Of a stretch of 64,000 bases of DNA, positions 1 to 10,288 are shown piece by piece (the stretch's first letter is position 1; every line of letters starts with the position of its first letter). The position numbers and the translations under genes are program-made. The DNA is from an uncultured virus (IMG/VR IMGVR_UViG_3300018080_000161). Its lineage: Duplodnaviria; Heunggongvirae; Uroviricota; Caudoviricetes. The DNA lies in IMG/VR virus record IMGVR_UViG_3300018080_000161; one strand, given 5' to 3'. Under the pieces are notes generated by a model. That model was not told where the DNA came from and made no database searches. It worked only from the letters and a program-made list of their open reading frames with translations.

Positions 1-138
1 GAGTACGCGGACGTGGAGTTTCGGGTGTTGCAGCCCACCAAGCGCATGAACGGGTTCGACTCCCTCGACTTCTCCCCCGAGAACATCCGCAAGATGATCG
101 ACATCGGGTACAAGGAAGCCTACGAGGAGAACTTCTGA
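1..138 (+). CDS. 3' end of a CDS, possibly patatin-like phospholipase
   Basis: Frame 1 open to TGA at 136-138; LDFSPENIRKMIDIGYKEA resembles patatin C-termini. Confidence 0.4.
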   Translation, partial: EYADVEFRVLQPTKRMNGFDSLDFSPENIRKMIDIGYKEAYEENF

Positions 139-141
139 CCC

Positions 142-372
142 ATGGCGATACTCCCCGTGATAGAGCCCCTTGCCGGGCCTGTGAACGGGTCTAATCGCGT
201 TTTCGAGACGACGACGGACTACGTGCCCGACTCCGTCCGCGTCTTCAGGAACGGCCTCGTAGGGGTCGAGGAGCTCACGGACGGTTGGGTGGAGCTCCGC
301 CCCCGGAAGATACGGATGAAGGAAGCCCCGAAGGTCGGTGACGTCCTTCAGGCGTACTACCTTCGGGCGTAG
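142..372 (+). CDS. small virion-associated protein
   Basis: GPVNGSNRVF...SVRVFRNG beta-rich module; paralogous to the next ORF. Confidence 0.6.
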   Translation: MAILPVIEPLAGPVNGSNRVFETTTDYVPDSVRVFRNGLVGVEELTDGWVELRPRKIRMKEAPKVGDVLQAYYLRA

Positions 373-404
373 ACGCTACCCCGCCTGTGAGGTAGAGTGT
401 CTGC

Positions 405-869
405 ATGCCGCTTCCCAGGTTCGAAGTGCCTACAGGCGCCATCGACGGCGTCAACAAGGACTTCTACGTCTCCCAACCGTATCGGCCTGGGAGCGTCGCG
501 GTGTTCCTCAACGGCCAACTCCAGACCAAGGCGCTGGATGACGGCTGGACGGAGACGGACCCGACGACGGGCTTGGTGACGCTCAACGAGGCGCCTCGAG
601 ACATCGGGACCTGCCCCGACGTCGTCCAGATCTTCTACCTCGACACTTCCCCCGCGCTTCCCGAGACGGAGATCATCCGCATCTGCGGCAAGATCACGAC
701 CGTCGAGGACCCCATGGTCGTGCCCCTGCTCGAGGTGAGCACCATCACCGGCACCGTGGAAGACGACGAGAAACTGACCGGTACGGTGGTCGACGCCTCC
801 CTGCTCGGGACGGTGCAGGACGTCGAGAAACTGACTGGGACCATCCAAGGAGTCTGCGCATGTCCGTGA
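405..869 (+). CDS. small virion-associated protein
   Basis: GAIDGVNKDF...SVAVFLNGQ module; C-terminal (I/L)TGTVxD repeats; TAGAGT 6 nt before ATG. Confidence 0.65.
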   Translation: MPLPRFEVPTGAIDGVNKDFYVSQPYRPGSVAVFLNGQLQTKALDDGWTETDPTTGLVTLNEAPRDIGTCPDVVQIFYLDTSPALPETEIIRICGKITTVEDPMVVPLLEVSTITGTVEDDEKLTGTVVDASLLGTVQDVEKLTGTIQGVCACP

Positions 870-1237
870 GCTTCACGCAGGCCGCCAACACGTTGACGGT
901 CATCCGGGGCACTTCGAAGACCTACGAACTGTGTGTGGTCGACGAGGCGAACGAGCCCGTGGACCTGACGGGGGCGACCGTCTACTTCACGGTGAAGCGG
1001 TGCACCTCGGAAGAGACTGCTGTTCTTCAGAAGACCTCGGCCAACATCGCCGAGATCGAAATCGTCACGCCGAAAGGGGGCATCGCGCGCATCTACCTGA
1101 CGCCTACGGACACGAAGTCCCTCGACATTCGGGAGTACGTCTTCGACGTGTGGGTTCGACTCGCGAGCGGCAAGGTGTACGCTGTCATCCCGCCCAGCAC
1201 CCTGTCTGTTCAAGCCGGGGTCACGGTGTTGACGTGA
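860..1237 (+). CDS. BppU-N-like baseplate/Ig-like virion protein
   Basis: RGTSKT..L..VD...PVDLTGATVYFTVK...YVFDV pattern. Confidence 0.6.
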   Translation: MSVSFTQAANTLTVIRGTSKTYELCVVDEANEPVDLTGATVYFTVKRCTSEETAVLQKTSANIAEIEIVTPKGGIARIYLTPTDTKSLDIREYVFDVWVRLASGKVYAVIPPSTLSVQAGVTVLT

Positions 1238-1272
1238 GATACGACCACATGGTCGCAAACGAGGATTGATCC

Positions 1273-3972
1273 ATGCCTGGTTTTGGTTCTGGCCCCCTAG
1301 GAGGGGAACCCGCAGGAGAGGACGCTTGGGCAAGGCGCGTTCTCTGGGACCTCATCCCCGAACTGTACAAAAACCAGGACACGGACGGTACCTTCCAGCT
1401 CTTCATCGAGGGGCTCTACCCCTCGTTCACGAGCCAACGTCGGCTCGCCAGGGACTTCGCGGAGCTCCGTGACCCCCTGCTCGTCCGGACCCGCTACAAC
1501 ACGTTCAGGCGCCTGAAGCTCGGCAAGGTCATCATCCCTCTCGGGGACGTCGAGCAGCAGGGCATCAACGCCACCGTGGACGCGACCTTCAAGTTCACGG
1601 CGCCGACTGCCCGCTTCCACGAGGAGGACGTCGGCAAGGAGATAACGGTCCGAGGCTCGAGCGTCACGGGCAACAACAAGACGGTGGTCATCGTCGGGGT
1701 GGACAGCCTGAACGGCGTCTTCACCTACCCCGAGCTTCAGACCGACACCGGACCTCTGCGCTGGGAGCTCCGTCCTTCGGTTACCCAGGCCGAGAACATC
1801 ACGACCTTGGAAGTGCGCGCCGGGGACGTATCGAACATCGTTCCCGGTTGGCTCATCTGGGACGGCCGAGCCGACTACACGGTGGAAGCGCGCCGGCAGT
1901 TCCTTGCGTCCGGTGGCTTGGCTTTCCAGACCGAGAAGGAGGGCGTGGACGGGGACATCGACTCGAGCACGCTCCGGTTCGCGGCGAGCTCCGCAAACTT
2001 CGAACCGCAGGACGTGGGCAAGTTCCTGTCCATCTCGAGCTCCAACTACGACGACAACATCGGCAAGTTCGAGATCACCGACATCGACATGACCACGTCG
2101 CCCCCGCGCCTGACGCTCCGAGGCTTCATGGTGGCCGACTCGGAGCTCGAGTGGGCCGTGCTGCCGCACGCGGAAATCGACATCACCGGCACGGCAATCC
2201 CTGACGGCTACGTGGAGCAAGGAGGCACCGACCTCGAACTACTCGGCGGCGCCACGGGAGACGTGCGCTCCATCACCGGCTCGTTCGACCCAGACGACGT
2301 GGGCAAATTCATCACCATCCTGGGTTCGCTCAACGGGCAGGACGGCCGGTACGAGATCACGGTGGTCACCGACTCCATCAACTGCACGGTGGACGCCACC
2401 TTCGCGACGGCCGAGACGGACTTGTTCTGGGAGCTCCGGAGGACGACCCTGACCGGGGACCACGAGAAGCGGGGAGACGACCTTCAGATCGAGAAGATCA
2501 ACTCGCCAGCGGTAGGCCAGACGACGCTGTACTCGCCGACCGGAGTTTTCGATCCCACGGACGTCGGGCTCACCATCAACCTGAGCAACTCCCCCATCTC
2601 GAGCAACGACGGCGACTACGTCATCGTGGACGCACTGGGCCCCGAGCGTGTCGTCCTGGGAACCGTGCTCGCGGTGGACGGTCCCATCGACTGGTACATC
2701 GAGAGTGAGGACTTCACGGTCGTCGAGGCCATCGAGGAGTCCATCCTCAAGCAGATGGCGCCCGACTTCGGCATCGAGCTCGACAATCAGGAGACGGAAG
2801 CCCGGCAGCGGAGCTGGGTTTACCACGTCAACCGGTGGCTCGACCGGAAGGGGCACGAGAAGGGCTACATCATCCTCGGCAACATCAGCGGCTTCGACGT
2901 GACGGTCTACGCCCTGTACCGCATCTCGGTTGACTACATCGGCGGGCTCCCAGCGGACTTCGTCTACGAGGTCGGCGACACGGGAGTCGGGCGCCAAGGC
3001 AACGACGGAGCTCTGACCTACGACTCGAGCGCGGGCCGAGTGAAGTTTTCCGCAGCGACGGCCGCGTTCCGAGCTGGGGACACCGGACGGACCATCCGAG
3101 CTCGCGACACGAACGACCCCTGGAACAGCAAGTTGTTCACCATCGAGAGCGTGCCCTCGGCCACCGAGGTTCTCATCCGTCCTGCCGATGGAGGGGTGAC
3201 TCCGGACTACGGCATCACCGGCACGGCCGCGAACCCCCTCATCGAGTGGGACATCGTTCGTGTGTTCACGAGCCTGCCTCCCATGCAGCCTCTCTTCGAC
3301 GAGTTCAACCCAGATCAACTCACGTACTACGTCCTGAACAACCCGCCGGCCGGCGACGACTTCTCCCTCGACAAGTACTGTTGGGAGGACGACTTCGCGG
3401 CCTTCGTGGACGTGACGGTCATCTCGGCGACCCAGATCGGTGGAGGGCTCCGGTACGAGATCACGGTGAGTGGTGAGGCTGACGTCGTGCTCGACCCCGC
3501 CGCCTTCGACCTGGTGACCTCGACCAACCAGAGCTTCCGGCTCGAGACGGTCCCGGTCGCGGCTGGACCCAACTTCACCTTCGAGGTCGTTGCCACGCCG
3601 AACAGCCCCCCGGCTCTCGGCGCGGGGACTCTCCAGTACGTGTGCCGGGTGCAGGAGCGGTGCGGCTTCTGCAAGGCCAGCGAAATCTTGATCCTGCTCG
3701 AGGCGGGGTCGGTCGTCACGGAAGGCGACATCGCAACCGAGCGCCTGCTCGAGCGGGTGCTCGATCGGTTGTACAACGTTCTGCCAGTTCACGTGAAGCT
3801 CATCCCCCGCTTCAGGCAGACCTTGCAGGCTTCTGCGGTCATGTCTGCCACCATCATCACGGGTCGCATCACGACGAGCCTGGTAGCGCCCTTCACCGCG
3901 TACTATGACGTGATCGAGGGCGACGCGATCGTGACGGACACGACCATTGTCGTTACCATCACGACCCCATAG
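1273..3972 (+). CDS. baseplate wedge/tail formation protein with internal repeats
   Basis: LWDLIPELYK N-terminus, ~5 FxxxDVGKxITI..N.G.Y.I repeats, RKGHEKGY and VLPVHV motifs like P2 gpI/T4 gp7-type wedge proteins. Confidence 0.65.
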   Translation: MPGFGSGPLGGEPAGEDAWARRVLWDLIPELYKNQDTDGTFQLFIEGLYPSFTSQRRLARDFAELRDPLLVRTRYNTFRRLKLGKVIIPLGDVEQQGINATVDATFKFTAPTARFHEEDVGKEITVRGSSVTGNNKTVVIVGVDSLNGVFTYPELQTDTGPLRWELRPSVTQAENITTLEVRAGDVSNIVPGWLIWDGRADYTVEARRQFLASGGLAFQTEKEGVDGDIDSSTLRFAASSANFEPQDVGKFLSISSSNYDDNIGKFEITDIDMTTSPPRLTLRGFMVADSELEWAVLPHAEIDITGTAIPDGYVEQGGTDLELLGGATGDVRSITGSFDPDDVGKFITILGSLNGQDGRYEITVVTDSINCTVDATFATAETDLFWELRRTTLTGDHEKRGDDLQIEKINSPAVGQTTLYSPTGVFDPTDVGLTINLSNSPISSNDGDYVIVDALGPERVVLGTVLAVDGPIDWYIESEDFTVVEAIEESILKQMAPDFGIELDNQETEARQRSWVYHVNRWLDRKGHEKGYIILGNISGFDVTVYALYRISVDYIGGLPADFVYEVGDTGVGRQGNDGALTYDSSAGRVKFSAATAAFRAGDTGRTIRARDTNDPWNSKLFTIESVPSATEVLIRPADGGVTPDYGITGTAANPLIEWDIVRVFTSLPPMQPLFDEFNPDQLTYYVLNNPPAGDDFSLDKYCWEDDFAAFVDVTVISATQIGGGLRYEITVSGEADVVLDPAAFDLVTSTNQSFRLETVPVAAGPNFTFEVVATPNSPPALGAGTLQYVCRVQERCGFCKASEILILLEAGSVVTEGDIATERLLERVLDRLYNVLPVHVKLIPRFRQTLQASAVMSATIITGRITTSLVAPFTAYYDVIEGDAIVTDTTIVVTITTP

Positions 3973-3981
3973 GAGACGAGC

Positions 3982-4437
3982 ATGACGGTCATTCCCGCAG
4001 TGGTAACGGACAACGGTCGGGCCAAGTTCCCGCAGATGCTTGGAGGCATCGTTGCCTTCTCGATCGCTTCCTACTTCAAGGTAGGAGTGGGAGGGTGGAT
4101 CGATCCAGGCGGCGGCCCCGAGCCGCGCACTCCGGACGCGACGCTCTCCGACCTCGACATCATCGAGAACCCTGGGAACTACCCGAGCGTCCCGGCCATC
4201 CCCACCTTCCAGAAGAGCTTCACGAGTGGTGACCTCACGTTCATCTCTCCTTCGACGCTTCAATGCTCGTGCTTGCTGGACTTCGCTGAGTACAACAGCG
4301 ACGGGTCAGGCAACCCCGAGATATGGGAGTTGGGGATCTTCGACGCAGCGGGTACGATGATTGCGTACGGGACTTTCCCCATGCAGACCAAGGACGTCTC
4401 CAAGCAGATCCAGAACATCGTGCAGATCACGTTCTAG
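3982..4437 (+). CDS. tail-collar fibre protein (P2 gpH N-terminal-like)
   Basis: VVTDNGR...ELGIFDAAGTMIAYGTFP; AGGAG SD. Confidence 0.7.
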   Translation: MTVIPAVVTDNGRAKFPQMLGGIVAFSIASYFKVGVGGWIDPGGGPEPRTPDATLSDLDIIENPGNYPSVPAIPTFQKSFTSGDLTFISPSTLQCSCLLDFAEYNSDGSGNPEIWELGIFDAAGTMIAYGTFPMQTKDVSKQIQNIVQITF

Positions 4438-4449
4438 GGAGAGGGCCAC

Positions 4450-7098
4450 ATGCCTACCTCGTATCTCGATTTCGTCGCCGACGCCCAATCCTCTGTGAAG
4501 ATGAAGTGGAAGGAGCCCTACGTCACGGAGGGGCTCAATCGGCGCTACTCCCACGTCACCCCGAGAGGGGCGTGGAGAGGGTTCACGCTGGGCTACAGCG
4601 CGAGCAACCAGTCGGTCAAGGTCGAAGCAGACTCGGAGTCGAACGACCATCTTGCGATCTACACGACGGACACCGAGTACTCGCTGTTCGTCCGGAAGAC
4701 CGGTCCTGACTTCGACCTGAACCTCGCGGCGTACGCGAACAAGACGGTGGTCATCGCCATCTACGCGACCTACGCGGTGGGTTCGACCTCGACGATGGAG
4801 CTCCGTGCCTACGAGTACTCTCCGACGAACGAGTACGACGCGGCGCCCGAGAAGGACGAGCTCGTCGTGTTGGGCATGGTCACCGTTCCGGCCGGTGCGG
4901 TGCCTACGCCGGCTACCAGCATCACTCCCGAGCTCCGGACCTACCCTTGGCAGCTCGTGGTCGACGACTCCTTCCCGTGGCCTTCTCTGCTGAAGAACGG
5001 CAGCTTCGACGATGGCCCGGTGGTGTCTGACTTCACGCATCAGGGCGGCGCCATGGACGCCAACCTGCCCTATTGGAACGAGGACCACACCCCGACTGTC
5101 GGCACGGCGAAAGCGAACGTCCAGACGGCCGACACGGCGACCGGAGAAGGCGCGGCCTACGAGCTCGTCTGCGGTTCGGCGGGCAATGTGGTCATCACCT
5201 CGTGGTACTTGCAGTACCTGATGTGGCAGGAGGTGGAGCCCGGCGAAGAGCTCGTGCTCGAGTTCTATTACAAGTCGCTGCTCACTCCCGACGCGGGCGA
5301 GGTCTGGGTCCAGATCGCCATGATTGACACCGAGGCGTCCGGTTCGACCATCTCGTATCTCACGCTCACGGCAGACCTCGACATGACTGCTTCGGCGTCG
5401 TGGGTGAAGGCGTCGTTCAAGTTCCGCGTCCCTGCCGGCCAGACCCGTATCTTCGGCGTCTACATCTCCGACGTCGACTGGAGTGGCCCCACGTCCCACG
5501 CTCTCGACTACACGTCTCCCGGCGTGGACACGGCGGTTCTCCGAATCGACGAGGTTCGTCTCAACAAGCGTGCGCCGGCCGGCAGCACCGACCCCATCGA
5601 GGAGCGACGCTTCGAAGCGTACTCGGCGCGGGCGATGTTGTGGGCGACGCTGGGCTCGAGCGGGGACAGCGACCTTCAGATCCTCGCCGAGGTCGAAGGC
5701 TACGCCGACGAGCAGGCCGACTTCGTCCCGCTCATCCGGCACCAGCATCCTGACAAGTCAGCCACGGAAACAGAACTGCCTACCTCGTGGTGGCCGCGTC
5801 TGTTCGTAGGCGACCCGAGCGACAGCGTGACTCGAGGGACGAAGTACCTCAACAAGTCGCGCATCCGGTGCATCGCCCGAGATCAGGTGGGCATGTACTA
5901 CCAGCCGATCTTGGAATGGGTCGAACAGTCGAACGCTTCGACTCCCAGGTTCCAGATCATGGCGCGGTACGGACAGCGCAACCTGGTCATGGCGCACAAC
6001 TGCACGTGGAACAACACGTCGGGGTTGTGGACACGGTCGGCTTCTTTCGACTCCTTCACGATGGACTTCGGTGGCAACCTCACGCACCCCGAGACGACCG
6101 AGCTCTTCATGGGCATCTGGTCGCAGCGCAAGAACACGGTGGGTGGGTCGTGGGCCGACACAGCGTGGACCGACGAGCCCTTCTTCATCCCCCTCTCCAT
6201 GAACGCGAGCGGGACGAACTACAGGACTTTGATCGGTCGGATCCCCGGTGGTCTTGAGCTCGGCACGAAGTTCAAGGCTGACTATGCCACGAGTGACACG
6301 ACGGCTGAAACTCCCCGCATCCTGACGCGCCGGGACGACACAGCCACGTTCACTCTCCTTTGGGAGATGCACATCGAAGGTCAGGACTACACGACACGCA
6401 TCTACCAGACGCTCGGCGGCGGCATGATGACCGTGGTCGGCGCGTGGTGGGATCAGTCCACAGCTCTCTGGAACGCTGATTCCACGGGCGTGGCTGATTA
6501 CGCGATGCGGACCATCTACACGAACGAACGCGTCTACATGCAGGCCAAGAGCACGAACGGGGTGGCGACTTTCGCCGACTCTGCGTGGCTCGACCCCGGA
6601 GGTGAGTGGAGGGTCAGGCCCGCCGGTACGCAGCCTTCGCTCCTCTTGGCTTCTCAGGGCACAGGTGCGGTCGGTTCTCTCCTGACCTTGTCGGGGCCGA
6701 CGACGGCATCAGACGTGTCGCGGGTGGTCATCGACAAGTCGAACCCGCTGGCGGCGGCCGCCATCACGGTGAACGCGCTCTACTCCAAGAACATCCCCAA
6801 GATGTTCGCGCAGATCAGCACGGACGGCGGCGGTGGCGTCGCGATCGACGGTGGGTTCGGTATCGCGTCCGTCGCTCTCAACGGCACGGCCGACATCGAC
6901 ATCACCCTCACGCACGCCATGACGAGCACGAACGAGATTGCGATGGTGTGCAGCGCTGCGGGTGCGAGCTACTTCTTCCGGATCGGTACCCTGTCCTCGA
7001 CCGTCATCCGGCTCACCCCTAGGACGACAGCGGACGCTGCTGTCAACCTGGCGGGCATCATTGAGAACTTTCACGTCATCGCGTTCTACCCGGCGTAG
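4450..7098 (+). CDS. tail fibre/virion protein with carbohydrate-binding-like domain
   Basis: 882 aa; LLKNGSFD..W..IDEVRL jelly-roll signature; follows collar gene. Confidence 0.6.
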   Translation: MPTSYLDFVADAQSSVKMKWKEPYVTEGLNRRYSHVTPRGAWRGFTLGYSASNQSVKVEADSESNDHLAIYTTDTEYSLFVRKTGPDFDLNLAAYANKTVVIAIYATYAVGSTSTMELRAYEYSPTNEYDAAPEKDELVVLGMVTVPAGAVPTPATSITPELRTYPWQLVVDDSFPWPSLLKNGSFDDGPVVSDFTHQGGAMDANLPYWNEDHTPTVGTAKANVQTADTATGEGAAYELVCGSAGNVVITSWYLQYLMWQEVEPGEELVLEFYYKSLLTPDAGEVWVQIAMIDTEASGSTISYLTLTADLDMTASASWVKASFKFRVPAGQTRIFGVYISDVDWSGPTSHALDYTSPGVDTAVLRIDEVRLNKRAPAGSTDPIEERRFEAYSARAMLWATLGSSGDSDLQILAEVEGYADEQADFVPLIRHQHPDKSATETELPTSWWPRLFVGDPSDSVTRGTKYLNKSRIRCIARDQVGMYYQPILEWVEQSNASTPRFQIMARYGQRNLVMAHNCTWNNTSGLWTRSASFDSFTMDFGGNLTHPETTELFMGIWSQRKNTVGGSWADTAWTDEPFFIPLSMNASGTNYRTLIGRIPGGLELGTKFKADYATSDTTAETPRILTRRDDTATFTLLWEMHIEGQDYTTRIYQTLGGGMMTVVGAWWDQSTALWNADSTGVADYAMRTIYTNERVYMQAKSTNGVATFADSAWLDPGGEWRVRPAGTQPSLLLASQGTGAVGSLLTLSGPTTASDVSRVVIDKSNPLAAAAITVNALYSKNIPKMFAQISTDGGGGVAIDGGFGIASVALNGTADIDITLTHAMTSTNEIAMVCSAAGASYFFRIGTLSSTVIRLTPRTTADAAVNLAGIIENFHVIAFYPA

Positions 7099-7106
7099 GA
7101 GAGACC

Positions 7107-7520
7107 ATGGCTACGACATTCGAAGACTCCCATTCTTCCTACGCTCCGGAAGCGGCGTCGCACTACGAGCCTACTCTCGAGGTGGCGAGCGACAAGTTGA
7201 CGATCAAGGCGTTCGACTACTACGAGAACGGCGCGCTCGAGCAGCTCGACGAAGATGTCGAGTGGGACTTCGCCGCTGTCACGGAGACGACCGACGTTCG
7301 GTTCTACCTCGTCAAGCACCGGACGACCGGAGCCGTCGAAGTGCTCATCGACACGGTGGCTCGAGACGAGACCGAGACCCCGTACGATTTCAAGGACGGC
7401 GACTGGGGTTGCTTGGCGGTCATCGGCCGATGCATCATGAAGGCGACCGACACCTCGTTCGACACGATCGACTTCGTCGTCAACCGGATCGTCATGGCTC
7501 CCAAGCCGGAAGGAAAGTGA
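7107..7520 (+). CDS. hypothetical protein
   Basis: AGGAGA SD, operon continuity. Confidence 0.7.
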   Translation: MATTFEDSHSSYAPEAASHYEPTLEVASDKLTIKAFDYYENGALEQLDEDVEWDFAAVTETTDVRFYLVKHRTTGAVEVLIDTVARDETETPYDFKDGDWGCLAVIGRCIMKATDTSFDTIDFVVNRIVMAPKPEGK

Positions 7521-7521
7521 C

Positions 7522-7728
7522 ATGGCGAAAGCACCCATCCTGGCAGCCGACGTTGAGGCCGCGAAGCAACCTCGTTCGAGAGCCGAGAAGAAGGCTCGGA
7601 AGCTGCGCAAGAAGACCCGCAAGCATCGGAACAAGGCTTTCGGGGACCTGACGGCAGAGGAGAAGGACGAGCTCCTCAAGTTCGTCGCGCTTTCTTTGGG
7701 GCTCGTGAAAGACGACCCGGAACCGTAG
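7522..7728 (+). CDS. small basic hypothetical protein
   Basis: SD, operon continuity. Confidence 0.6.
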   Translation: MAKAPILAADVEAAKQPRSRAEKKARKLRKKTRKHRNKAFGDLTAEEKDELLKFVALSLGLVKDDPEP

Positions 7729-7737
7729 GAGGACAGC

Positions 7738-8148
7738 ATGTCGGTCAGGCTTCGATACAGTGCCAAGGTTCAGATCTCCTCTCGGACCGATCCGGAGGAC
7801 AAGGACTTGGGCAACCTCTCGTACGAGAACGTCACCGACTCGAACGGCGAGGGAGGTTCGCGCAAGTTCACTCTCGCGGCCGGCGACTCGGACATCGCCA
7901 TCGATCTTGGCAACGTGACGACGCCGAACTTCGTGTTCATCCGTTCGTCGGCCAAGGACCCCCTCGACACGCCATCCGAGATCACGGTGAAGCGAAACAC
8001 TATCGGCAATGAGGAAATCCCCATCACCCCCATCAGTGGGACCAAGACGGGGTGGCTGCTTCTGTCCACGAGCGGGCTCACGGCGCTCTTCGCGTCGAAC
8101 CCCGGATCGGTGGACATGGAGCTCATCGTCGCGGTGTCGGGCGATTGA
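7738..8148 (+). CDS. hypothetical beta-rich (virion?) protein
   Basis: AGGAGG SD. Confidence 0.7.
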   Translation: MSVRLRYSAKVQISSRTDPEDKDLGNLSYENVTDSNGEGGSRKFTLAAGDSDIAIDLGNVTTPNFVFIRSSAKDPLDTPSEITVKRNTIGNEEIPITPISGTKTGWLLLSTSGLTALFASNPGSVDMELIVAVSGD

Positions 8149-8153
8149 GTCTG

Positions 8154-8182
8154 TTGACACCGTAGTGACCGGGAAGTAGGCT
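8154..8182 (+). promoter_or_regulatory. sigma70-type promoter
   Basis: TTGACA-17-TAGGCT in intergenic gap. Confidence 0.5.
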
Positions 8183-8222
8183 CTTGGTGTAGTCTGAGAG
8201 TCGTCTCAGTAAGGAGAACATC

Positions 8223-8558
8223 ATGCTCGCAACCGTCGAAAACACCTCGGGCCACGCGATCAACTACCTGGACACCATCACGGGCGGCGCTGGTCCGGCC
8301 ACGCTTCTCGCGACCGGTGGGCAGCGCAAGTACCCGCTGCCGTACCCCTTCGGGCACATCGGCGAGCTCGCGGACACCGCCACCAAGCAGCTCCCCATGC
8401 ACAACCGCGACTGGCGTCACAAGCCCGTTCCGTGGCTGCCCATGGAGCCGAGCATCGAGTGGCAGCAGCTCGTCCAGGCCGGCATCGTCACGTTGACCTT
8501 CGCCACCGAGACGGGCAACCGCGACGAGGAAGAAATCTACATCGACGCCGTCCTCTAG
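8223..8558 (+). CDS. hypothetical protein
   Basis: AAGGAG SD, typical codon usage. Confidence 0.7.
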   Translation: MLATVENTSGHAINYLDTITGGAGPATLLATGGQRKYPLPYPFGHIGELADTATKQLPMHNRDWRHKPVPWLPMEPSIEWQQLVQAGIVTLTFATETGNRDEEEIYIDAVL

Positions 8559-8575
8559 CCTCGTAGGAGGGGCCG

Positions 8576-8956
8576 GTGCCTAAGTTCGTCTTCAAGTCGT
8601 GCAGGGTGCGCGAGGACCGTGTCATCTCCGAGGGAGACGAGGCGGTCTTCGACATCCCCAGTCTGCTCAAGAAGTTCGCTCCTGAGCGGGCGCGGCGTGA
8701 CCTCATCCAGCTCAGGGCTCTGCGTGTCGGCCAGTACATCGGCATCGTCAGGGGGAGCCAGAGCGGGAAACCGATCACGTTTTTCCTCTGGAACAACGAC
8801 AGGACGAACCGCATCGCGTGGGTCCTCAAGAAGGACCCCACCTTCCCCGAGAGGCTCATCGAGATATATCGGGTCGAGCACGTGGACTGGGGCTCCCGAG
8901 TCGTGCTCGAGGCGCGCGGCAAGCCCCAGCCCGGAGTTCCGGAGGCGATGGCGTGA
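8576..8956 (+). CDS. hypothetical protein
   Basis: AGGAGG SD, GTG start. Confidence 0.65.
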   Translation: MPKFVFKSCRVREDRVISEGDEAVFDIPSLLKKFAPERARRDLIQLRALRVGQYIGIVRGSQSGKPITFFLWNNDRTNRIAWVLKKDPTFPERLIEIYRVEHVDWGSRVVLEARGKPQPGVPEAMA

Positions 8957-9477
8957 TGTTCAACGGTGCAGCGGTTCGGGATCTGACCGGCACGACTGGA
9001 CGCATTCTCTCGTGGGACGCGTCGAAGGTCGTCATCGGGTGGGAGGACGGTGGAAAACTCCTTCCGCGCGAAGAGGCAGTCAGCGGTCTGGACAAGCGCC
9101 TCCAACAACTCGAGATGCACACCCTCGACGCGGGGTGGGTTCCTCTCGGGCACTTCTTCTCCCAAGACCAGGTGACCCCCATGTCTACTCCCTCGACGAC
9201 CATCCAACAGCTCCGCAAATTGATCGGCGAGGCAGACGAGACTCCTATCGCCGAGGCTTCGAAGCACTACCCCTTCAAGAACAAGGCCCACCTCGGCCCC
9301 GGTCCTCGCGAAGGCGAGAACGACAAGGCTAGCAAGTGGACGTGTTCCTGCTCTGGCTACAACTGCACTTGCACGAGCAAGGACGGCCAGAAGAAGAAGG
9401 TCTTCATCGATAAGGGGTACAAGAAGGCGTACAACAAGGAGTACAAGGCTTGGCGCGCCAAGCAGGGCGGTGGTTGA
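8956..9477 (+). CDS. hypothetical protein with Cys/Lys-rich C-terminus
   Basis: TGATG coupling to upstream stop; CSCSGYNCTC. Confidence 0.6.
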   Translation: MFNGAAVRDLTGTTGRILSWDASKVVIGWEDGGKLLPREEAVSGLDKRLQQLEMHTLDAGWVPLGHFFSQDQVTPMSTPSTTIQQLRKLIGEADETPIAEASKHYPFKNKAHLGPGPREGENDKASKWTCSCSGYNCTCTSKDGQKKKVFIDKGYKKAYNKEYKAWRAKQGGG

Positions 9478-9508
9478 GGCTACTTCTCACGTGAGGTAGA
9501 CTCTTCTC

Positions 9509-10288
9509 ATGGTCAGCCTCCTCGGTCTCCAAAGCTCGCTCGTTTCGAAGATCGACGAGCGCAAGTCTTCCGCGTACATCATGGAACTGGGAGAGGATGG
9601 CACCCCCACCGGCCAGAACCTCCGCTTCCAATACTTCCCCGAGACGATCCAAGACACGAAAGCCGTCAACTGGAACCCTCGTGACATCCCAGGCGGCTCA
9701 CTCCCGATCTACCAGTGGGTGAGCTCGGGAGCTCGAGCGCTTTCCTTCACGGCTTGGTTCACGACGGACATGGACCTCGCCACGGGCGGCAGCGAACTGT
9801 TCGACCGTCTCAAGCAGGCGTCGCAGGGGCACCGCAACGTGGACATCCGAGCTGCGGTGACGTGGCTCCGGGCGTTCATGCTCCCCCGCTATACGGTGGA
9901 GTCCCCCATTGGCGTGCCCGTGGCCCAAGCTCCCCGGCAGATGATGCTCATCTTCCCGAACGGAGGACTGGGAGCAGCGGGCGGTTTAGGGGCTTCCCGC
10001 AACGATCAGGTGGACGAGATCCATTGCATCATGACCCAGTGTGACATCGCCTACGAAGCGTTCTTCCCCTCGGGGCTTCCCCGCATTGCTTCGGTGTCGC
10101 TGGCTTTCGAGCAGTCCGCGCAGTACGCGGAGACCGGCTCCGTCGTCTTCCCTGAAGCCGACCAGATGAACGAGTACGTCAAGGGCGGCACGTACACCTA
10201 TGGCTACAACCTCACGGTCGAGCCGGGCAAGGCCAAGACCACGGACGCCGTGGCAGCCGAGCAAGGCCAAGGCGACGACGGGCTCTAA
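9509..10288 (+). CDS. contractile tail tube-initiator-like protein
   Basis: FQYFPETI..K..NW...IPG.S.P.YQW..SG.R.LSF...F..SGLPR.A.VSL.F motifs of CIS/tail tube initiator family. Confidence 0.7.
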   Translation: MVSLLGLQSSLVSKIDERKSSAYIMELGEDGTPTGQNLRFQYFPETIQDTKAVNWNPRDIPGGSLPIYQWVSSGARALSFTAWFTTDMDLATGGSELFDRLKQASQGHRNVDIRAAVTWLRAFMLPRYTVESPIGVPVAQAPRQMMLIFPNGGLGAAGGLGASRNDQVDEIHCIMTQCDIAYEAFFPSGLPRIASVSLAFEQSAQYAETGSVVFPEADQMNEYVKGGTYTYGYNLTVEPGKAKTTDAVAAEQGQGDDGL

